A stretch of DNA of 64,000 bases, from the NCBI GenBank assembly GCA_963832165.1, contig CAWHTE010000003.1:160001-224000 (forward strand), read 5' to 3'. The translations under genes were made by a program, and so were the position numbers. The stretch is from an uncultured delta proteobacterium (GTDB lineage Bacteria; Myxococcota_A; UBA9160; SMWR01). The notes below the pieces were generated by a model that did not search any database, had not been told where the DNA came from, and saw only the letters and a program-made list of their open reading frames with translations. Below, one piece after another: positions 54,115 through 64,000 of the stretch (positions within the stretch are counted from its first letter, which is position 1; each line of letters opens with the position of its first letter).

Positions 54115-55719
54115 ATGATGAAACGCGCGATCTTCACCGCCTTGTTCGTGATCTGTGCCGGCCTGCCGGCCTTCTCCGCAGAACTCGAGTTCTCGGCGAA
54201 CGGCGAGGTCGAATACGACGACAACGTGTTCCGGCGGGAGGAGAACAAGGAGGACGACCTCCTGTTCCGGCTGCGCCCCGGAGTGCGCGTCCGCGAGGAA
54301 CGCGGCGACGACCTCAACTTCTCCGTCGGCTACGAGGCTCCGATCGAGTTCTCGCTCGAGAACAGCAAGGAGCTCAACGAGGTCGATCACCTCGGTGACG
54401 GCAAGTTCAACTACCACGTGAACGATCGCGTGGAGCTCTTCGGCAGCGACCGCTACGGCTACATCCGCAGCACGCTGCGCGCGGAAGGCGTGGACACGGA
54501 TGCGCTCTCCGAGCAGGGCTTCCCGCAGTTCACCGACGAGCGGGACCGGATCAAGATCAACGACGCCACGCTCGGCGGGATCTATCGCTTCTCACCGCGC
54601 ACGCTCGCGCGCATGCAGGTGATCTCGACCTTCTTCGACAGCTCGCGCGACGATCGCGCTCGTGTGTACTCGGTGGGCGCGATGGCGGATACGCAGTACC
54701 GGCTCACGCAGCAGCATCAGATCGGCGGCGGAGCCGGCTACATCTACCAGGACTTCGATGATCGCACGGACATCCCGGGCAGCCAGACCAACATCTACCG
54801 CGTATTCGGCACGTGGCGCTGGGTGATCAGCGAGACGCTCCAGCTCGACTTGAACGCGGGCCCGGCCTACCTCGAGACGCAGCAGGACGATGCGGCGCGC
54901 GGGCGCGTCGAGTCGTCGATCCCGTTCACGCTGCTCAAGGACGCGGCGGTCGTCACGGGCTTCTTCGACGAGAACGGCAATCCGCTTCCGGCCGGCACCG
55001 CGCTGGCCCCGGGAAGTGTCCTGGTGCCGAGCTTCAATACGGTGGGGGGCGGACTGAACTGCGGCGTGGTCAACGGCATCGTGGTGTCGAGCTGCAATCC
55101 CAACATTGCGCTCGACGCGGTCTCGGACGCCGCGCTCGTGAGCAACGTCGTGAACAACAACGTCGGGGTGACCAACATCAACCCGAACGGCGAGCGAGAC
55201 GACGAGGTGACCGGATTCGTCGAAATGAACCTGGGCAAGCGGTGGACGCCCACGCTGGCCACCGGCCTGCGCTATGCGCGCGAGCAGGGCGACGCGTCGG
55301 GCCTCGGCGGCACCGTGATCCAGGACGCGTTCTCGATCTCGAACACCTGGGACTTCTTCGAGCGCTGGCAGCTCGCGGTTCGCGGCGACTACGTGATTCG
55401 CGAGTCGGCCTTCGACATCGCCCAGACCTACGACGTCGTCACGGGCTCTCCGATCCCCGGGGGGAATCCGGCCGTGCCCGTAGCCACCCGGACCGGCACG
55501 TCGTTCAACTCCTCCCGGAACGTGGAAGTCGACTCGGATCGCTGGGGAGTGGCCGGCCGCATCACCCACGCCCTGTTCAAGTCCACTTCCATCTTTGTAC
55601 AGGTTCGATACGACGAGCAGACGTCCAAGGACGACAGCCTGGGTGAAACCTCCGACTTCGAGAACTTCCTCGCTACGTTCGGCGTCCGACACGTCTTCGA
55701 ACCCATCCCGTTGTGGTGA
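54115..55719 (+). CDS. Outer-membrane beta-barrel associated with polysaccharide export
   Basis: Signal peptide; EYDDNVF N-terminal motif; amphipathic strands; terminal Trp; between wza and wzc. Confidence 0.8.
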   Translation: MMKRAIFTALFVICAGLPAFSAELEFSANGEVEYDDNVFRREENKEDDLLFRLRPGVRVREERGDDLNFSVGYEAPIEFSLENSKELNEVDHLGDGKFNYHVNDRVELFGSDRYGYIRSTLRAEGVDTDALSEQGFPQFTDERDRIKINDATLGGIYRFSPRTLARMQVISTFFDSSRDDRARVYSVGAMADTQYRLTQQHQIGGGAGYIYQDFDDRTDIPGSQTNIYRVFGTWRWVISETLQLDLNAGPAYLETQQDDAARGRVESSIPFTLLKDAAVVTGFFDENGNPLPAGTALAPGSVLVPSFNTVGGGLNCGVVNGIVVSSCNPNIALDAVSDAALVSNVVNNNVGVTNINPNGERDDEVTGFVEMNLGKRWTPTLATGLRYAREQGDASGLGGTVIQDAFSISNTWDFFERWQLAVRGDYVIRESAFDIAQTYDVVTGSPIPGGNPAVPVATRTGTSFNSSRNVEVDSDRWGVAGRITHALFKSTSIFVQVRYDEQTSKDDSLGETSDFENFLATFGVRHVFEPIPLW

Positions 55720-55746
55720 ACTGCCCCCCCTGAGCCCGGATCTTCC

Positions 55747-57405
55747 ATGAACATCGACGGCGGCCTCCAGATCAGCGACCTCGGCGGGATCCTGCGCCGG
55801 CGCGCGAAGGTGGTGGCGGCGACCGCGCTCGGCGTGATGCTCGTGGTCTATTGGATCGCGATGGCGCTGCCCAACGTCTACACGAGCTACGCGACCGTGC
55901 TCGTGGAGCCGCAGGCCGTCGCGGAGGAGCTGGTCAAGGCGGGAGTGCAGCAGAGCGACATCAACCAGCGCCTGCACCTGATGACCGCGCAGATTCTCGC
56001 GCGTCCTCGTCTGTCGCGGATCATCGACGAGTTCGGCCTGTACAAAGAGGAGTCGGAGTACAAGCTGCGCGAGGAGATCATCGACCTGATGCGCGACGAC
56101 GTGCGCGTCCAGCCGGTGGTCCCGGAGCTCGAGCAGCGCGCTGCGCGCTCGCGCGAGTTCGAGATCAACGAGTTCAAGATCCTCTACGACAACTACAACG
56201 CGATCGTCGCGCGCGACGTCGCGCAGCGCCTCGCCAACGACTTCATCGAGACCCACATCAACGCGCGCGTCCAGACCTCGCAGAAGAGCCTCGAGTTCAT
56301 GGAAGGCGAGCTCGACCGCCTCTCGAAGCGCGTCCGCGATGTGGAGTCCCAGATTGCCGAGGTGAAGGCCGAGAACGCCGGGACGCTTCCCGAGGAGCTC
56401 GAGGCGAACCAGCGGCGGCTCGATCGCGTGCTCAGCGATCTCGCTCTGGCACAGCGCGCGTTCGACGAATCGTCGAGCGACGAGCAGTTCTACGGCGGCC
56501 AGCTCGCATCGGCCAAGATGTATGGCGGCTCGAAAGACGACATCTCTCCCGCGCGCAAGCTCGAGCTGCTCAAGCTCAATCTCTCCGAGTACCTATCGCG
56601 CGGCTTCACCGAGAAGCACCCTGACGTGATCCGGACGCGCGGTGAGATCGTGCTGCTCGAGAAGTCCGTCAAAGATGACAAGAACAATGTGGAGCTGCTC
56701 AACCCGATGGCGCAGCAGACGGAAGCGCAGGCGCGCCGGTCGGCGCTGCGCCGCGCCGCCGCGCAGACCGAGATCGAGCGGCTGTCGCAGATCGGCGAAG
56801 AGCTGACGGCCCAGGTCAACGCAACGCCCTCGGTGGCCAAGCAGCTCGACGGGCTCAAGGTCGAGTACGAGCACCTGTTCAACACCTTCCAGGATTTCGC
56901 GAAGCGCCACAACGAGGCGATCGTGCAGGCGCAGCTCGAGCGCCGGCAGCTCGGCGAACAGTTCCGCGTGCTCGAATCCGCGTTCAAGGCCCCGGAGCCG
57001 AGCGCGCCGAATCGCTGGCTGATCCTGATCCTCGGCCTGGTGTTCTCGCTGATGGTGGGGGCGGGCGTCGGCGTGCTGCGCGAAGCGCTCGATACCTCGC
57101 CGCACGATGCGCGACAGCTCCAGACCCGGATTGCGCTGCCCGTGCTCGCGTCGATTCCCGCGATCTGGCTCGAGTCGGACCGCCTGCGCCAGCGCCGCGA
57201 GCGCACGCGCACCGCGCTCGCGACGGCCGCCGTGGTCTCGTTTGCGCTGGTCGGCGGCGCGGCGAACTACTTGTGGGTGAACGGAGCGCCGCGCTTCCTG
57301 AGCTCCGAGATCGAAGACCGGCCCGCGGCGGAGCAGCCCACGTCGAAGCCGACCGAACCGCAGCCCAAGCCGGCCGCCGCGCCGCCTCCGGCCGCGGTGA
57401 AGTGA
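55747..57405 (+). CDS. Polysaccharide co-polymerase/chain-length determinant (Wzc N-terminal type)
   Basis: TM-coiled coil-TM layout; TEKHPDV; GEQFRVLE...PSAPNR. Confidence 0.9.
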   Translation: MNIDGGLQISDLGGILRRRAKVVAATALGVMLVVYWIAMALPNVYTSYATVLVEPQAVAEELVKAGVQQSDINQRLHLMTAQILARPRLSRIIDEFGLYKEESEYKLREEIIDLMRDDVRVQPVVPELEQRAARSREFEINEFKILYDNYNAIVARDVAQRLANDFIETHINARVQTSQKSLEFMEGELDRLSKRVRDVESQIAEVKAENAGTLPEELEANQRRLDRVLSDLALAQRAFDESSSDEQFYGGQLASAKMYGGSKDDISPARKLELLKLNLSEYLSRGFTEKHPDVIRTRGEIVLLEKSVKDDKNNVELLNPMAQQTEAQARRSALRRAAAQTEIERLSQIGEELTAQVNATPSVAKQLDGLKVEYEHLFNTFQDFAKRHNEAIVQAQLERRQLGEQFRVLESAFKAPEPSAPNRWLILILGLVFSLMVGAGVGVLREALDTSPHDARQLQTRIALPVLASIPAIWLESDRLRQRRERTRTALATAAVVSFALVGGAANYLWVNGAPRFLSSEIEDRPAAEQPTSKPTEPQPKPAAAPPPAAVK

Positions 57406-57416
57406 AGGGCTAGTCG

Positions 57417-58325
57417 ATGTACCTCGACTTCTACGGCCTCGTGCGGGCGCCCTTCGAGATGACACCGGATCCATCGTTCCTGGTGCTGGGCCCAGCCCAT
57501 CGCGAGGGGCTCGCGATGCTCCACTACGCGCTCGAGGCCCGCAAAGGCTTCGTGGCGCTCACGGGCGAGGTCGGAACGGGCAAGACCACGCTCGTCCACG
57601 CGCTGCTCTCGCAGCTCAAGTCGAACATGCCCTCGGCGTTCATCTTCAATCCGCGCCTCGAGCCGCTCGACTTCCTGCGCATGCTGTTCGACGAGTTCCA
57701 CATCGAGCACGAGTGTCGCACGAAGGCCGAGTACCTGATGGCGCTCAATCACTTCCTGATCGACCGCCTGCGGCGCGATCAGATCGCGCTGCTGATCATC
57801 GACGAGGCGCAGAACCTGTCCCCGGAGATGCTCGAGGAGGTGCGGCTCCTGTCGAACCTCGAGACGCCCACCTCGAAGCTGTTGCAGATCCTGCTCGTGG
57901 GTCAGCCCGAGCTCAACGAGATGCTCGACCGCCCCGACCTGCGCCAGCTTCGCCAGCGGATCGTCCTGCGCCACCACCTCGTGCCGTTCGACGCCGAACA
58001 GACCGAGCGGTATGTGAACGAGCGGCTGCGGCTTGCGGGCTACACCGGAAAGGGCATCTTCAAACGCGGAGCTCGCAAGGAGCTGTTTGCGGTCACGGGT
58101 GGCGTCCCGCGGCTGATCAACGTGGTCTGTGATTCGGCACTGTTGCTGGGCTACTCGCGGCAGCAACAGGTGATCGGCGAGGACATCATCCGCGAGTCGG
58201 CAGTCGAGCTGCGGCTTGCGGCGCCCCCTGAGCCCGCACGCGCCGCGACACGACGCGCGCCGCCCCCGGCGAGCAATCCCAAGGCGGGTCGCGCGCGGCG
58301 CCTATTCCGGTTCTTCTCCACTTAA
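57417..58325 (+). CDS. ExeA-like AAA ATPase (PEP-CTERM/EPS-locus type)
   Basis: MYLDFYGL...PFEMTPDP, GEVGTGKTT, IIDEAQNL, LVGQPEL, GGVPRLIN. Confidence 0.92.
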   Translation: MYLDFYGLVRAPFEMTPDPSFLVLGPAHREGLAMLHYALEARKGFVALTGEVGTGKTTLVHALLSQLKSNMPSAFIFNPRLEPLDFLRMLFDEFHIEHECRTKAEYLMALNHFLIDRLRRDQIALLIIDEAQNLSPEMLEEVRLLSNLETPTSKLLQILLVGQPELNEMLDRPDLRQLRQRIVLRHHLVPFDAEQTERYVNERLRLAGYTGKGIFKRGARKELFAVTGGVPRLINVVCDSALLLGYSRQQQVIGEDIIRESAVELRLAAPPEPARAATRRAPPPASNPKAGRARRLFRFFST

Positions 58326-58342
58326 GGTCGAGGAACGATTCC

Positions 58343-59197
58343 ATGGCGAAGGTCTACGATGCGCTCCGACGCGCGGAGGAGGAGCGGCGCAAGCACTCCG
58401 ACTCCGGCACGGGGGCCATCGCGCGCCTCGAGTGGGAGCCCGAGGTCGCGACCGAGTCCACGCCCGCGCCGAAGCCCGCGCGCGAGTCGCTGCTGCGGCG
58501 TCTGTGGCCGAAGCGCGGTGTCGTGGAAGACGCCTCCGACTTCAACAAGCGCCGCATCTCGCTGCTCCAGCCCGAGTCCTATGTCGCGGATCAGTTCCGC
58601 GCGCTGCGCGGGCGCATCGATGCGATGGAGACGCCCGAGCGACGGATTCGCACGATCGCGGTCACGAGCGCGATGCCCGGCGAGGGCAAGACCACCGCGG
58701 CGATCAATCTCGCGCTGGTCACCGCGCTCTCGGTCGGCCGCAAGGTCCTTCTGGTCGACTGCGATCTGCGCCGCCCGCGCGTGCACACCGCGCTGGGTGT
58801 GCGGCCGAAGGCGGGCCTCGCGGAAGTGCTCAGCGGCGAGGTGACCTTCGAAGAGGCGGTCATGCGCGCGGAGGGCGCCGAGCTCGACGTGCTCGCCGTG
58901 CGCGATCGGCCCGTGAATCCCTCGGAGCTGCTCGGCTCTCCGAGCATGCGCGACCTGATCGCGGCGGTGGCCAAGCGCTACGACCGTGTGATTCTCGATA
59001 CCCCGGCCGCGCTCGGTCTGCCCGACGCGAAGGCGGTCGGCGATCAGTGTGACGGCCTGATCATGGTGGTGCGCGCCGACAAGACCCAGCAGGAGGACGT
59101 GCAGAGCGTCCTCGAGATCCTCGGCCGCAGTCGCATGCTCGGCCTGGTCCTGAACGGGGCCACGGCCGATCAGACCCGCTACGGCTACCAGAGCTGA
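58343..59197 (+). CDS. CpsD/CapB bacterial tyrosine kinase
   Basis: TSAMPGEGKTT, LVDCDLRRP, NPSELL, ILDTP; C-terminal YGY. Confidence 0.9.
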   Translation: MAKVYDALRRAEEERRKHSDSGTGAIARLEWEPEVATESTPAPKPARESLLRRLWPKRGVVEDASDFNKRRISLLQPESYVADQFRALRGRIDAMETPERRIRTIAVTSAMPGEGKTTAAINLALVTALSVGRKVLLVDCDLRRPRVHTALGVRPKAGLAEVLSGEVTFEEAVMRAEGAELDVLAVRDRPVNPSELLGSPSMRDLIAAVAKRYDRVILDTPAALGLPDAKAVGDQCDGLIMVVRADKTQQEDVQSVLEILGRSRMLGLVLNGATADQTRYGYQS

Positions 59198-59266
59198 AGC
59201 CCGGAAATCTGCGCTCGGACCAGCCGCGCTAGCGTAGGTTGCTGCGTTCCCAGGAAGCCGGTTCGA

Positions 59267-62284
<3,018 letters not shown>

Positions 62285-62288
<4 letters not shown>

Positions 62289-63232
62289 GCGAGGGGCGGC
62301 GCGCGCTCGTCACGGGCGGCGCGGGGTTCATCGGCGGTCACCTCTGTGAGCGCCTGATCGCGCTCGGCTGGCGCGTCCGCGTGCTCGACGATTTCTCTTC
62401 GGGCCGCGACGAGAACCTGCGCGCGATCGCCGATCGCGTCGAGGTGATCCACGGCGACCTGCGCGACGCCGAGGCCGTGGCGAAGGCGGTCGAGGGAGTC
62501 GAGGTGGTGTTCCACCAGGGCGCGGTCCCGTCGGTGCCTCGCAGCGTCGCCGAGCCCGTGCGCACCAACAGCGTGAACGTGGATGGCACGTTGCTCGTGC
62601 TCGACGCGGCGCGGGGCGCGGGCGTGCGACGCGTGGTGTATGCGGCGTCGTCGTCGGCGTACGGCGACACGCCTACGCTGCCGAAGGTGGAGACGATGCC
62701 GCCTCGGCCGCGTTCACCCTACGCACTCCAGAAGTACGCGGGCGAGGTGTACTGCCAGCTGTTCAGCGAGCTGTACGGGCTCGAAACCGTGGCGCTGCGT
62801 TATTTCAACGTCTACGGGCCGCGCCAGGATCCGAAGAGCGAGTACGCGGCGGTGATTCCGCGCTTCGTCACCGCGTGCCTGTCCGGCGTGGCGCCGCGCG
62901 TCTACGGCGACGGCGAGCAGACCCGCGACTTCACGAGCGTCGTCGATGCCGTGCGAGCGAACCTGCTCGCGGCCGACGCGCCGCGAGCGGTGGGCAGCGT
63001 GTGCAACGTGGCCGCGGGCGAGCGCACGAGCCTGAACCAGCTGCTCGACGAGATCCGCCGGCAGACCGGCGCGAGTGTCGAGACGATCTACGAGCCAGCT
63101 CGCGAGGGAGACGTCCGCGACAGCCTCGCCTCGCTCGATCGGTCGCGCGAGCTCCTGGGATACGAGCCCACCGTCGGACTCGCGGAAGGCCTGCGGACGA
63201 CGATCGCGCACTTCGAGAAGGCGAAGGGGTAG
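62285..63232 (+). CDS. NAD-dependent epimerase (WbpP-like UDP-Glc/GlcNAc 4-epimerase)
   Basis: TGGAGFIG, SVPRS, SPYALQK, RYFNVYGPRQDP, YAAVIP. Confidence 0.88.
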
Positions 63233-63238
63233 GAAGTC

Positions 63239-64000
63239 ATGAACATCGGAGTCATCGGCACGGGTTACGTCGGGCTGGTCACGGGCGCCTGCTTCGCCGA
63301 GTTCGGCGTGCAGGTGGTGTGTGCCGACATCGATGCGGAGAAGATCGCCCAGCTCGAGCGCGGCGAGGTCCCGATCTACGAGCCCGGACTCGAGGAGCTG
63401 GTCCAGCGCAACGTGCAGCAGGGGCGGCTCTCGTTCACGACCAGGACCAGCGAAGCGGTCGAGAGCTCACTCGTGCTGATCATCGCGGTGGCGACGCCGT
63501 CGCTGCCCGACGGCAGCACCGATCTGCGAGCGGTGGAATCGGTGGCGCGCGAGATCGGCCGCACGATGGACGAGTACAAGGTGATCGTGAACAAGAGCAC
63601 GGTGCCCGTGGGCACGGCGGTGCGCGTCCGCGGCTGGATCGCGGAGGAGCTGCACCGGGCGGGGCGCTCGGTCGAGTTCAGCGTGGCGTCGAATCCCGAG
63701 TTCCTGCGCGAGGGTGCGGCGATCGGCGACTTCATGCGACCCGACCGGGTCGTGATCGGCACCGACGACAGTCAGGCGACGGCGATCCTCAAGAGCCTGT
63801 ATCGCCCGCTCTACCTGATCGAGGCGCCCGTGCTGATCACGAACGTCGTGACCGCGGAGCTGACCAAGTACGCGGCGAACGCGTTCCTGGCTACGAAGAT
63901 CTCGTTCATCAACGAGTTCGCGAACTTGTGCGAGTCGATCGGCGCCGACGTCCACGACATCGCGCGCGGAATCGGCCTGGACCGCCGGATCGGCCCGAAG
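63239..64000 (+). CDS. ugd: UDP-glucose 6-dehydrogenase (5' part, truncated by window)
   Basis: Manual translation: MNIGVIGTGYVGLVTGACFAE...NKSTVPVG...SNPEFLREG...KYAANAFLATKISFINE. Confidence 0.93.
   Translation, partial: MNIGVIGTGYVGLVTGACFAEFGVQVVCADIDAEKIAQLERGEVPIYEPGLEELVQRNVQQGRLSFTTRTSEAVESSLVLIIAVATPSLPDGSTDLRAVESVAREIGRTMDEYKVIVNKSTVPVGTAVRVRGWIAEELHRAGRSVEFSVASNPEFLREGAAIGDFMRPDRVVIGTDDSQATAILKSLYRPLYLIEAPVLITNVVTAELTKYAANAFLATKISFINEFANLCESIGADVHDIARGIGLDRRIGPK

Overview
High-GC bacterial chromosomal window. The gene style suggests a Myxococcota/deltaproteobacterium-like organism (inference only). Positions 1-12.9 kb are housekeeping: purH (3' end), purD, tsaC/sua5, DUF1015, DUF721/DciA, a small Zn-finger gene, rpsP-khpA-rimM-trmD-rplS, an inverted yraN, mtnP-apt-mtnA, rsmI, a PEP-CTERM trypsin-like protease and ligA. 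From about 13 kb to the end is one large exosortase/PEP-CTERM-associated, Wzx/Wzy-type exopolysaccharide locus that runs past the right edge. It encodes two sigma54 activators, a histidine kinase, a short Wza plus a beta-barrel, Wzc, a BY-kinase, an ExeA ATPase, WecA and nucleotide-sugar enzymes. It also has an unusually rich tailoring set: 2 carbamoyltransferases, 2 AsnB amidotransferases, 4 methyltransferases, an SGNH protein, a CoA-ligase-like protein, DUF362, a heparinase II/III protein and 2 secreted beta-helix proteins. Best candidate for an undescribed system: an SxtJ-like / carbamoyltransferase / DUF5989 cassette directly upstream of exosortase-EpsI. Its 57-aa membrane peptide ends in FIYALF, matching the DltX/AlgI/PatA tyrosine acyl-shuttle motif, and suggests an MBOAT-independent carbamoyl relay to a surface glycan (hypothesis). 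Also seen: a REP-like repeat that has entered coding sequence, a recurring leaderless-promoter signature and three +1 frameshifts. No rRNA, tRNA, CRISPR or transposase was recognised. All family calls come from motif recognition by eye, not database searches.
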